Source of the DNA: Macrostomum lignano | Taxonomy: Eukaryota | Length of the DNA: 64,000 nucleotides | Direction: 5' to 3' | NCBI GenBank assembly: GCA_002269645.1 | Contig: NIVC01003397.1 | Coordinates: forward strand, 35,824 to 99,823 | Part shown: positions 22,701 through 34,150 of the stretch, piece by piece | How positions within the stretch are numbered: the first letter of the stretch is position 1 | Layout: every line of letters begins with the position of its first letter | The notes under the pieces: generated by a model | What the model was told of the DNA's origin: nothing | Database searches by the model: none | What the model saw: only the letters and a program-made list of their open reading frames with translations | Translations under genes and position numbers: made by a program

Positions 22701-25700
22701 AACTTGGTGCAGCAATAGAACAAAAAAGCAGTCTCGGTATAGTAGGACCAGTAGCGTAGCTGGGGGGGGATATGGGATATATCATCTCGATATGGGATAT
22801 ATCCACCAATTTTGATGATTTATAGTAAACGAAAATGAGGTTTTTTGAAAAAAAATGCAAAATAAAGCGGCTTAGACTTAGAAAAATTGCCATAAATTGG
22901 CTATTTCACTCGTAAATTACTAATAAAATGTTTTAAAAAATATTTCGGCGAAGCCTAGTTCCTAAAATGCCCTAGTTAGGACGTCTGCCGGCTTTATTCT
23001 GATTTTTAAAAAGTAAGTTTTTTCGCCTTAAAAACACGATTTTGATACTTTTTAATGCATATTTTAAGCAAAAATAAAAAAACTACTTTATTAGTCCATA
23101 ATTTTGTTCCTAAAAGTTATCCCCCCTTTTCAAAATCCTAGCTACGCCACTGAGTAGGACGCCATATAGACAGGAAGATTTTAAAGTAGCTAAAAATGCT
23201 CGTGAATCAAGCGGCACGAGTTCTTGCTGAATCCACTCATCACTGATTTTGTCCATGTTCTTTGTTTGCGGTCACCCTGCTCGTCTGGAGCCGTTTCATA
23301 GCTAGTGTCGCTAGCTTCAGCTTTCCAGTTCATATTGTTGCTGATTTGTAGGCTAGCGATGGTGATCTTTATTAGACATGAGAGTATTAATTTGAATCCT
23401 CCAAAGAGTCTTTGCTCACCAGTCACACTGGACAGCAGTTGTCTTAAGTGTAGCGCTCAGCCACTCTCAATTAAGTCAATTGCTCCTAAGCTCAAACTTT
23501 CTGCAAAAGCTAAAATATCATTGATGAAAACCGTAGATCTTCTTACAGCAGTTTTGACTTCAGTATGTACTCGTAATTACTGGACTGACCAGAAAAGGAA
23601 CAAAATACAGAACAGACGGAACGAAATCAAACTACTCTTCCTGCCGGACAATTTTTTCACTTTTGTAACTGAATTATTTCGCTAAAAGTACGTGAGAATT
23701 AAATCAAAAAATAGGCGAGCTAGAGACCGAGAGGACAAGCCGTGAAGCAAGAAACACACATATTAGAGCGCTATCTAAAGCGCACTAACCACCCACCCCA
23801 CTGCCAACCCCTGGCCGCACCCATTAGCAAAACAGAGGCAGGCCATGGCAAGCAATCCCTGCCGCCACTAACAACGATTGACTGACAAATCTGACTGTCA
23901 TTGACTGACAACTACAATAAAAATAGACAAAATAGTGCTTACGAGTGTGTACTCAAAGAAATCCAATAAATCTTATCCCCTTCTGCTCTTCTCTCAGGTG
24001 CTAATGAAAGACATCGTGACTCCAGTGGACGCAGCTGAAGTCCGCAAGGCGGTACAAAGCTGCCTTGAGGAGGCAGCCTACGTAAACTACTGCAGAATTG
24101 CAGATTTGGCGAATATCGAAGGTGCTGAGAATTTATACAATTGATCCTACTTAAAAAAACTCTGATAATAGTAATATTGGCGTATCATGCATTTCTTGAA
24201 TTAATGCCATCTGATTTGCGTCGTCTGAGTTCATGTTAGCGGCAATTGCAGTTTGAGATAGGGTTTTAAGCCACGGGAATGATATTTAATTTACTGAACT
24301 TATTGATCACTAACATTGTTCAATTCATTCCTGGTTTGTTTATTTTACTGAAAACATAGCTGCAGTTTTGTAACTAGGGTTTGAATTTTTGTTGCAAAAT
24401 AAGACGAGATTGAAAATTGAGTATGCCTAAATTGCTTATGCATATGTTCCTGTCTTCGAGCGTAAGCCTAAATACGAAAGTCTAATACAAAAGTAAGGTA
24501 GGACTAAACAAGTACAATCGCAACGTGTAATATTAAAAAACCTAAAGGCTAAGGAAGGCTAAGGAAAATAAACAAATGATAATTTACTAACTCAAAAAGA
24601 ACCTGGTAGAGTAGCTCGCTTAATAAATAGGAATATAATGAGAGAACAAACATTAACTTGTTACTTGATTTTATTTTATTTTACGGCCAATGCATTTTTA
24701 CCCTTATAGGTCATCGTCAGGGCAGCAATGAAAACTGAATAAGCAGTTGAATAAATATATTTAGTTGAATACATTAACTTTAATGTACGTAGTTCTCAGT
24801 CGAAACAAGTTCAAATAGGGGAGAGAGAGCAAACGGTGCAGTAGCGTACACTCCAAGCTATATAAAACACGCTGAGTTGGTGGCTTGGCACCCCCATAGC
24901 TAGCTGGAAGTTTAGGCTAGGGTTCTGATCTCTGATGTACATAGCCTCTAAGATGCTCAAAGTGTGCTCATGGCGGCAGGAATCAATAATCTTAAAATAA
25001 ATCGATAGGTTTGCTGTTCGCATGTGAGAAGGTGCTCATGTACGGCAGATATTTTGGTCCAGTGCTCCTTGACCCTGGTGTACAAGTGTCGCTTAGTTTT
25101 TCCGGTGTACGAAATACGAAATACGAAATACAAAGTACGAAATAAAAAATGGTCGCCAGAACAATAAAACTTATAAACGACACTTGCATTGAGAGGTCGA
25201 GGCACACAGGACTTCAAGCTGCAGACATACTAGGGGACAACTTCTCCGTGCGAAACATGATCCTAAGCTGAACGTTGAGGCTTTTTTGAACAGTTTTTGA
25301 ACTTTTTTTCTTGAACTCAAAAACACAGGCGAAAAAACGGAAACAATCGTTGGGCTGTTAGTTCCTTTAGCTTCATCATAGAATTCTAGATAATATGGAA
25401 GTGAAGGCTTTTAAAAAGAGTTTGAAAATTTTACATAACCGGGCCGACTGTTTTTTCTTATTCCGTCTGACAAAACTGGGCCGTTGCTTCCCATTGCTTT
25501 CCATAAAAGGGGTATTGAGTGAGGGCCAATGAAATGTGGATGCTTGAATAGGAGCACTGAGCCGTTGTACATGGGCCCGAAACAATTTTTAGGGTTTGGG
25601 AATGCTCTTTGTAGAGATAACTGCCATCTGAGTGCACGGGTCAGGGCTGTACAAATGTGCTTAAGGAAGAGGATTCGAAAAGGAACCTTTCTATAAATAG

Positions 25701-28700
25701 TTGACTGTACTCGCTACCCTCTGCTAAAGGAGCGCGGGACCATGGCGGGACACGATGGGATGTGGGTAAGAGAAATAAACTGTACGAGTCTATGCGCAAG
25801 TCTTTGTTGTGTTGGTAAGATATAAGAAAACTTACAGAGTTGCCAGAGGAAAAAGAGCAGCTCTGCTTTTATCACAGCAGGTTTCAGTCACACCAAGAGC
25901 TTCAAAATCTGCCAGGCTTCCTTACAGATTGCAAACGCTGGTTCAGACGGTACCGTGGCGTTAAGCCTCCTCAGTAAATCTTTCACAGGAACGTAGAAGG
26001 GACTTCGTTCGCGCATCGTTCATCGTCAACAGCAACCAGCAGTTCGTCACAGGCTCGACAGTTTTTTGCACTGAAATCGACTTGGCGAACTTGCCTGCGA
26101 CGTAGAAAGTGACGACGATGTCATCAGCATCGCTTATTTCTCCCACTGCCTCCAGTTCGAGCTCAGTTTCATTGACTTCTTCATCTAGGTTTCAGGTGCT
26201 GCTTGATGATTCCGCCGCAAGGTACTGAATCACCTGAGGCGCAACTGACTGAACTTCAGAAGCGACACTGAGCAGATGGCTTTCTCACTTAGACCCTTTC
26301 TTTTACAGATTTTCCAGTCGCGCACGTAGTTTTCTACACCAGTAAGATAGTAGAGCTGTCAGTCCGTATCCGATCTGACTTGATCTCGGCTGCAATATCT
26401 CTTGTGCCTACCGATTGTGCTCGACTGCTCGCCCTCACGCTATGAATATGCCAGAGCGGAACAATAGATCGAACAAAATTTCTGTCTCATTCCACTGCTT
26501 GTCCTGATTTTCAGAATTATATTCAAGCGCGCTGGCGGTGGATTCTGAGAACACAGAAAGCGTGCAAGTTTCGGTGAAACTTTTTGAATGCTCTTTGGAT
26601 CAATTATGCTGAAAGGCAACTTTAATGCCAGCTTCAAAGGCTTTTGCTTTTCAATGTTCACAGATTAACCGAGAAGGCTAAAAGTACGACGTACAGTCAG
26701 AACCAGCGTTTGCTATCTGTAAGAAAGCCAGGCAGATTTTGAAGCTCCAGAGCAGTAACAGGCTTTTAAAATCACAGCACAGGCACCCCATCCTGTTTGA
26801 GTCAGCATGCTCACTACTCAGCTATAGCCTATATTCGAAAATCTATGGAACTTGCAATTCCAAACGCATTGTTAAAGATCAGCAAAAGTCAGCATCTTAT
26901 TTTGCAACTGCTCTGCCGCAAAATGTTTACGCAGCTGCTAAAGCTAGACTCGGCGACTATTGAGCCAACCAGCTAGCTCTACCAGGAAATTATTGCGAAG
27001 TGAATTTATTGCTACTTTTTCTATCGGACTCGATCATCAAGCAAGAAATTGTAACTATATTAACAAAGTAAAATAATTGTAATGATGATTGAATGAAATG
27101 AATTTCTTAATTTGAACTCAAAATTATTTGTTGCTCAGAAACAGAAAAATAATTGTTGGAATGAGATTCAATGGGAATCCTACACTCACGTATTTTCAAG
27201 TCGGCCCGGTTATGTAAAGGTCCAAAAAAGCCTTCACTTCCATATTATCTAGAATTCTATGGCTTTATCCTCCTGAGTGCTCTGTTGATTAGTCAGCTTG
27301 TTATTTAAAAACTGGTTCACAATGCGAGACACGTAGTTCCTGGGGTAAACAATTCCCAATGAGATGGCCAGTAAGCTGTTCCACCTCATCATGAAAAGGT
27401 TTCCTGGAGCGACAGATCAAGAAAGCTCTATGCAGAAAGCAGCGAATCAAGCCATTCGTCCATTGCTACGGGCAAAGGGCATCGAATCTCACATAAGACC
27501 GGTGAAGCTGGGCTTCCTAAAGACTTTAGTTTCGATCAGTTAGTTTATTGCTGACACCAATCTCCATGTCAAGAAATGGGAGTCTAGTTCCTCCACCTTC
27601 GGTCGTGAATTTAATTTAAGTTAGGATGAGTATGATTGATAGCATGGAAGAATTCTTCCTTTTTCTTATCATCCTCGAAAATGACGAAAGTGCCATCCAC
27701 GTAGCGTCTGTAAAACCGAGGCGCACACAGGAGGGCCATCCAGTCTTTTTCCCAATGGGCCATGCAAAGGTTAGCCAGGGTGGGGGCAAGAGGGCTGCCC
27801 ATGGCACGACCATCAATTTGCTTGTAAGTACCTATCCCCGAACAGAAAGATACCATTTGCCACTTTACAGTTTGCAGGTGGCAAACCCGAGCATTTTTTT
27901 AGGATGGTCTTTGAAAAAGGCGGGATGATCAGGGCGCTCGTAAGTAGCCAAATAAATCGCAAACTTCAACGGGATATTGATGAACAGAGACACGACATCA
28001 AAACTGAAAAGTCTGTCAGCAGAACCACTTCTAAACTGCTAAGGGTCGAAATGCATTGGCCATAAAGTGGGATGAAATCAAGTAACAAGTTAATGTTTGT
28101 TTTCTCATTCAGAAAGAACCAGTTGCAGAATTTGCACATGGTTTGAAATTCTTTAATTTTTTGTTGAAATTACAACGGCCATTAAAAACCGGCCCAGTTT
28201 ACAACCGAAATTCAAGATTCAGGTAAATTATTCCAGCATTCAGTTAGTGTTAGGGCAGAGCGAGCATCAGCCTACTCCTTTGAATTCGCTGATGCATCGA
28301 ATTCACTCTGCAGAGATGGTGCAGTCCAACTGGCCTACTGACCGCAAGATGAAGTGCATTGTTCACGTGGCGGAGATGTGCATAGAAGTCCTGCAACAAA
28401 ATGAGGAGCACCACGCTGAGGTAAATGCCACCCATTTATTGACGTAAAATTTGATCATAGCTCATCGCCTAGTACTTCGCGCTGACATTATTGTTCCGAC
28501 ATTACTGTCTTAGAAATTTTCGGATCTGGGATAGTAGATATGGCAATAGTATCTATAGTTTTTACTTTTACTTTTGAATCCGATTTTAAGCTGAACACGT
28601 CTGTTTTCTGAATTGGCCTATTGACTAGTATATTAATCTATCAGTTTATTAGACGCTGATTTCCGATTCAGATGGAACGCCAAAGAGAATTGACATTGGT

Positions 28701-31700
28701 TCTGTTTCTCTGAAAATTCACGCAGAGAGACAGACAAGAGTTATAAAAATCCAATACTACACTTTGAGCTGCTACCCACTGACACAACTTCCACTGTGTT
28801 TTAATTGCAACATCTAAAAACTCGAATATTTGCTGCTTACGCTTATTCTACAGTTACATGTGGCTATTATTCTATATTGCATGGCATAAAATGGGGTATT
28901 GTGCGATAGAAGCACTATTTACGAGGGGTGTCCAAAAAGTAGTGGGAATTTTCAACCTAACTCATAGTTGGATTCAGATAGATATATGAAGCTGACGTTA
29001 AATGAAAGCGGCTTTATCTATCAGGGACATACTTTCTAGATTTTATAAATATCTACCGGCATTCAGAAGTTATGTCCAATATTCTACCGTGCTCTTGGGC
29101 CCCTGGGAAGCTTATAGAAAATGACTTTATCAAGCCATTTTCTGTAAGCTTCCCATGCTCCACCATGCTCCGATGCTCCATCCACCATGACAGTGCCCGA
29201 CCACACGCGGCTTCAAGGACAACGCATCAACGCATGAAATTTGAACTCCTGCCTCACCCACCTTACTAGCCTGACTTGACGCCAGCAGATTTTTGTCTTT
29301 TCCGAGGCTGAAGGAGCTGTTAAGAAGGAAACGTCTACGCCAATCGTCACTGCCTTGAAGAAGAGATTCGGCGCCTCCTTGTTTATGCGATTCTCAAGGG
29401 GCAGTACGCATAACATTGATTCACTACTCATTCGCAGGGATAAATGCGTCAACTGCTACGGTGACTACGTGGATAAGGTTTCCATCCCTAACGACAAGAA
29501 TATTTGAGTGTGACTTTGCTTGACTTCTGTTGAGAAAATTATGTTAAGAAAAACTTCAATGGATCTGCTCTTACAGATTGATTGTCATGTTCTTTTTTCG
29601 GAATATACCTGTTTTTTAGTTTCTCTCAGTTATACCGATGGGCACGGTACTAGATTGGACATAGCTTCTGAAATGCCGTTAGATATTTACAAAATTCAGA
29701 AAGTATGTCCTTGATAGATAAAGCCGCTTTCATTTAACGTCAGCACCATCTATCTGAATCCGTGTCTGAATCCGAATCTGAATCTATCTGAAACTAGGTT
29801 GAAAATTCCCACTACGTTTTCGGCACCCCTCATATATAGAATTTAACGCCAAATTTATTGCATTGGTTTTTATTCATATTGACCACTGATTCCATAGCAT
29901 GTTGTGTATGTAGCTTATCCTTAGCTAAACCATACTTTCTGCTGAAAGCTGTTTATCTGAGAGTTTTAATATGCAATTTTTTTTCTTTGATTCAGGCTTT
30001 TGCTTGGTTTTCCGATCTACTAGTTGAACACGCTGAAATATTCTGGTCCATGTTCGCAGTGGACATGCAAACCGTACTGGAGAGCCAGCCCCCTGATGTG
30101 TGGGACTCCTTCCCACTCTTCCAGCTGCTCAATGACTACCTCGTTGTGACGGTTCGTGCATATTATGCCGCGCTTCTAATTTTCAACTTTTAACTATAGT
30201 TCTATGCATTCATTTGAGCTCTGCATGCTAGCAGTAGGAATCGCAGACCTATATGTATTCCAATGGAGAGCGATCCTCCAATGAATTTTCTGACCTTTCT
30301 GTTCGATACATGAATAAACAACGTCTTTCTGTCGTTTTCTGCAAGTACTGTATGCATTATAATCGGCAATTTTAGGTTACAAGAACCTAGTACCGCCCAG
30401 ATATTGACCTATTGACCTGACTGTTGATCAATTTCACAAAAACTATAAGGATTTTGCGAATCGGATTGCATCACGGGGTTCCCATTTAGTGGCTATCCAA
30501 ACCAGAGCTTCTCTTTCGTTTACAAGGCATCAAAATATCAAGCGCATAAAATCCAATGATCTTCGTTTCTAAGACTCTTTTAGTTTCAAATACTTCTAAG
30601 AGAGTCTCGAAACTGCCATGCAACTTTCGTGCCTTTAATTTTTTTACTCTTGTAGCTTTCCGTTCAAGCGCTACAATAAAAGTTCAATAGGCGTAAAATT
30701 CTTCCTTAGGTACTTGCTTCTTCCTTAGGTACCTGCTTAAAATTTTCCCTACCTATAGCCTTCGCTTGCTGTTGTGATATCAAGTTCAGTTCTGCTTCAA
30801 ATTTCAAACTGTACACATCTGCCAATTTTACAGCAAACCTACGGCATGGAAAATTTCACAAGCAACTGCAAGAGACATTTGCACCTCAAGTAGTTCGATA
30901 TGTGGACCTGATGGAGTCGTCCATCGGGCAGTCTATTCACAAGGGATTCGAGCGGGAGACTTGGACGCCCAACGGCGGTGGCTGCGCTACTAGCAGCGAC
31001 CTACTGTGGAAGCTGGAAGCACTGCAATCATTTATCACTGATCTGCACTGGCCAGAGCCAGTTTTTGCTGAACACCTGGACAGCCGGCTTAAATCGATGG
31101 CCGCCGATATGTTAGAGGCCGCTGGCAGGAGAACCGCCACTGCCTTCGATACCGAACTGAAACGGGGAAGTAGTTGGGTTGACTTTTTGCTATCTGTTGA
31201 GCTATGCGTCATGTTCAACACCTGTGTGGAACTGAAGTCCAAGGTGTTCAGCCTCTGTTCCATGTCTTCTGGCAAGACTATGGTGAGACGCAAGGGCTAC
31301 TCAGAGCTTAACAGATTCAATATTGATAAGAATTCAATACCCGCTTTAAATTATTTTTAATTTTTTGGCAAACGAAGTCCATCTTTCAAATCCTCTTTCG
31401 ATTTCCCTCTGGTCCCACTGCAGTATGAGTACCACGCGAGGACGGGCGAGTTCCTGGAGGGCCTGCAGTCCCGACTAGTAAACAGCATTGTTGATCATTT
31501 CTGCGGCGTATTCGAGATGGTGCTGGCCCGACTGGCACGCTACGATAAAGGCGCGATGTTTTCAACACTTTTTTCTATCGCCAAGCCAACAGATGAGATC
31601 GGGAAGGAGTATGTGGACTTCTGTCAGGCTAACATCGAGCAGGTCCGGCGCCATGTCTACGATGAGTCGCTGGTGCTCAGTCTGTTTGAAGTAAGCTTCA

Positions 31701-33422
31701 ACAGTTTCAAAAGCAACTGTTTTTGTTGTTTTTGTTTGCCTTTTACAACGGTTCTGGAGCTTTGTTTTTCTACTTCTCAGGCTTTGTACGCTCGTATGAT
31801 ATGAATAAGTCTGCTAAAATATAGAAATCACATTATGGGCGATCAACTAGCTATTAGGGGATCCCCCGACAATTTTTTTTGCTGCGCCAGAACAAAGCAA
31901 CGCAGGAACATGAAATTCAAAACCACGGGCTATTTTTTTATTGCGCACCTTCTCAAACAAGAATCAAGTCACAAGCCCTCCGTACTATTAAGATATTCAA
32001 CGATTCCTCCAGAAGGTCGGATTTTACCATAAGCGCTAGTGTTTTCAATACACTAGTGTTTTACCTTATTTGCCAATCTACTGCCGCAATTATTGCGCCT
32101 CAGTGCAGCTTTTCCAAGCCTCCAAATTTGATCGGGACGTCAACCACATGTGCTCGTATCAGCTGTATATTTGTTGGTCACTGGCCTTCACCGAAGCGGA
32201 GCTTTTGGACCTTAGGTATCCAACAAAATAGTTTGATATCTTCACAGTCCTGAGGGCTGCCGACTTGATTACTTGAATCTAGCGTTCCTGCGTTGTTTTG
32301 TTCGCTGCTCAAAAATTGTCAGAGGATTCCCCCCTTGGTAGTTCGAACTGCGAAAAATGGCTTGATATTTCTACTGTCAATACGTCAAAATTTCAACACG
32401 TAATACGTAAACTTTAAGTTCTGAAACTCGAATTTGGTAACCAATGCAGACAGTCTTTCCTGCTTATGCGGAATCTTCCTGCACAAAACGAGTTTTACAT
32501 GCGATCTTAAACCTGCAGATCTGGTACAGCCGTCAATTCCGCTTGCTGCAAGACTGGCTGGTAAAGGAACGAGCCTCAGACTCCCTGCACCCCTGTCAGA
32601 TCACCTGCCTCAGCTTCATCATCAAGAAGCTGCATAGTGACTTTGAGTTGCAGGGCATCACCAGAGATGTATTGGAGATTACCTGCTTTGCGGCAGTAAA
32701 TTACCGCATTCAGGTTGGTAAAAGTTTTAGTCATCAGTGTGTAAAAATGCCTTAAAAATAATTTGCTTTTTTGGCTGTGTGCTAAATAATTGTCGCATTC
32801 ATTAACTTTTAATGATATAACTTGGACATGGGCTAGGTTTCTAAATTTTATCATGGCAACGAAAAACCTACGAAGTTGTAAAAGTCATAATCCACCGAAT
32901 AATTTATTTACTTATTCGCCTGATTTACTATATGGGCTACCCTTATCTTTTGCAGGAGTACACTGAGTAATCCAGAATGCCTCTTGCTTACAGCTAGCAC
33001 TTTTTTAATTTTAATATATTTAAAATATTTTTCAGCAGCAGTTTTTTGTAAGGATTTCTCTGGCACGAAGAATCAGTAGCATGATATTATAAAATTTAAA
33101 CCACAATGAGAATCAATGTTAAGCTAATAGAAAAATTCTTTCAAAAGTAAATCTGAACTGACGTGGAGTCCAAATAAAAATTCGAGAAGCATTGCAGAAG
33201 CTGAGCCAGGCCATGTTTCTGTACTCCTTTCAGGCGGAGGAGGCAACGCTGTCCATGAGGCTGGGCGAGGCCTCAACCAGTCCGGGCAGCCGGTCCCCGC
33301 TGGGTAGCATGGCGGGGTCGATCTCTTCCATCGGGAGCAGCAAGTCGCCTGGGGCCGGTGGGATTTCCAGCATCGCCAGCAGCTTGTCTGGCTTTTTGCC
33401 TAAGTCTGGCGGCACTAGCTGA
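7706..33422 (+). CDS. CADPS: Calcium-dependent activator protein for secretion (CAPS/UNC-31): C2, PH and MUN/MHD1 domains; 15 coding exons
   Basis: Exons: 7706-8170, 9689-10104, 10498-10578, 10693-10974, 12660-12893, 20153-20353, 20444-21123, 21283-21448, 23998-24121, 28254-28420, 29996-~30151, 30834-31282, 31424-31690, 32519-32713, 33234-33422. Diagnostic motifs: SSSEED N-terminus, [143 protein letters not shown]. Splice phases are compatible apart from a -1 nt break at 9852-9855 and an ambiguous donor near 30150. Confidence 0.95.
13171..13402 (-). repeat. 3' LTR of the gypsy element (lacks its terminal ~28 bp)
   Basis: Matches 17548-17662 plus 19345-19449 with about 6-7 substitutions; starts TGTTGT on the minus strand right after the PPT. 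Confidence 0.88.
13419..17519 (-). pseudogene. Disrupted gag-pol polyprotein
   Basis: ATG at 17519 ([11 protein letters not shown]...). Frameshift ~17262; in-frame TGA at 16192-16190 between PR and RT; (GAGTT)n insertion ~15798-15850 in RT; frameshifts ~14255 and ~13990 in the integrase (HHCC, SDNGSQF...NGLSER). Confidence 0.9.
17893..17957. repeat. (TGTAAGA)n 7-bp microsatellite in the transposon 3' region
   Basis: About 8-9 tandem copies visible. Confidence 0.85.
18012..19079 (-). CDS. Intact DDE transposase (IS630/Tc1-like, DD30E), ~355 aa from the first ATG
   Basis: N-terminal HTH-like region, RGGNKP linker, [12 protein letters not shown] and [11 protein letters not shown] motifs; uninterrupted ORF. 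Confidence 0.9.
   Translation of the reverse strand: MEAPAAQRRVAVSQQDRRRLVNAFVLNEDWLNLAEQLNIPRQSARNVIVKFERTGRVEAEKRGGNKPKALSDEMIEALVGFVADTPAATLQDMRRHLMQAFPDWQACTIQTISRALDGQLITVKLLRTIPNAWNADRIKHERREFAKWLMTEGMGKLLVFCDEMGCNVWTARTQGRAAEGVRAVRIVANQRGRNVTMCLAVSPMRGLVYWKIVRGGMTRELFAEFFAELAALVDEPFCLLHDNARAHWDPPAMGEEQEYRPLPPYSPFLNMTERAIAAVKASLKRSLSRVELQRQIGDRNAAAALGITLQEHRARILERELEDCMSAVTQLHCEAWHRESLRYVPRCIAMEDIVA
21786..22359. mobile_element. 574-bp foldback element, 232/231-bp near-perfect TIRs, TGT...ACA ends, 5-bp TSD
   Basis: Arm 21786-22017 is the reverse complement of 22129-22359 (only a 1-nt homopolymer difference seen); CTGTT at 21781-21785 and 22360-22364. Confidence 0.88.
22749..23152. mobile_element. 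hAT-type MITE
   Basis: TIRs CAGTAGCGTAGCT / AGCTACGCCACTG; perfect 8-bp TSD AGTAGGAC (22741-22748, 23153-23160). Confidence 0.85.
24686..24723 (-). ncRNA. Degenerate minimal hammerhead ribozyme motif in the Penelope 3' region
   Basis: Minus strand reads GCC-CTGACGA-T-GACC-TATAAG-GGTA-AAAA-TGCA-TT-GGC: core CUGANGA, stem II and palindromic UGCA helix III, but GAAA is altered to AAAA. Confidence 0.55.
25377..27261 (-). mobile_element. Internally deleted P-superfamily DNA transposon with transposase remnants
   Basis: TIRs CATAGAATTCTAGATAATATGGAAGTGAAGGC...; 7-bp TSD GCTTCAT/GCTTTAT; minus-strand remnants [24 protein letters not shown] / SVFSEST.SAL and FYVAGKFAK resemble P/THAP9-type transposase. 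Confidence 0.78.
28922..29832 (+). mobile_element. Deleted mariner (DD34D-type) derivative with ~160-bp inverted ends
   Basis: TA|CGAGGGGTGTCC...GGCACCCCTCA|TA; HDSARPH...[15 protein letters not shown] and C-terminal [11 protein letters not shown] remnants; 28922-29081 mirrors ~29655-29832. Confidence 0.85.
31856..32335. mobile_element. Possible old MITE with imperfect TIRs
   Basis: AGGGGATCCCCCGACAATTTTT versus AAAAATTGTCAGAGGATTCCCCCCT; no clear TSD. Confidence 0.35.
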
Positions 33423-34150
33423 GGTGCTTTTCGATTTCGATGCTCTACGTCTAGTAGGCTAAGTTGGAAGTTGTGATGAATCGTTTATGAGCTCATTTAG
33501 CTGCGAGCAATTTTCTTAGACTGATGCAAATTTTTTACAGTTGATGATTTATACGGAATGTTGTACGGCAATCTTTGCCACGAGTAATTCTATATTTATT
33601 AGCTGCCGTCTTTTGTTTCATTGTTTTTTTCCTAATAAAATTTGTATGTCAAATTAATCGTCAGCAGTAACATTACGATCGTATCAATTCAAAAAGCTAT
33701 AGATTAAGGACAAAATAGCTCTTGGAGCAGCTTGAACTTTGCTCACCATCGAATCAAACTATTTACTGTTGAAAAATATATACGCTGCTGATGGTGCCTG
33801 GAGCTTGCATACTCGCAAAATTAAGTCACCCTAAATTTGGCGTGCAGTGTTCGAGTTAACGATTACATTGAAGAAGTACCAGCAAATCACACAGTGACTT
33901 ACGAGTACTACGACTGTTGTTTGGAATACGGAGACATTTTTGTATATTAACATTATAACACTGAAGCTTTGTTTCGCCTGTTTCTTCAATCAACTAATGC
34001 AGGATTGACATTCAGTTTACGCACATTTACGCACGATAAAACTGAATGTTAGACACATTGTACGAACGCGCACTCGTGGCCAAGACATTTACGCACGATA
34101 AAACTGAATGTTAGACACATTGTACGAACGCGAAATTATTCTCTCTCGTG

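Larger units (their letters stand above)
24500..28200 (-). mobile_element. Degenerate Penelope-like element (RT plus GIY-YIG endonuclease), split by a P-like insertion; boundaries approximate
   Basis: [12 protein letters not shown] (~28010-27975); [22 protein letters not shown]...YRRYVDGTF (27856-27611); thumb region ~27550-27300; VVYKFYC...[17 protein letters not shown] and [14 protein letters not shown] (25217-24900). Confidence 0.88.
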
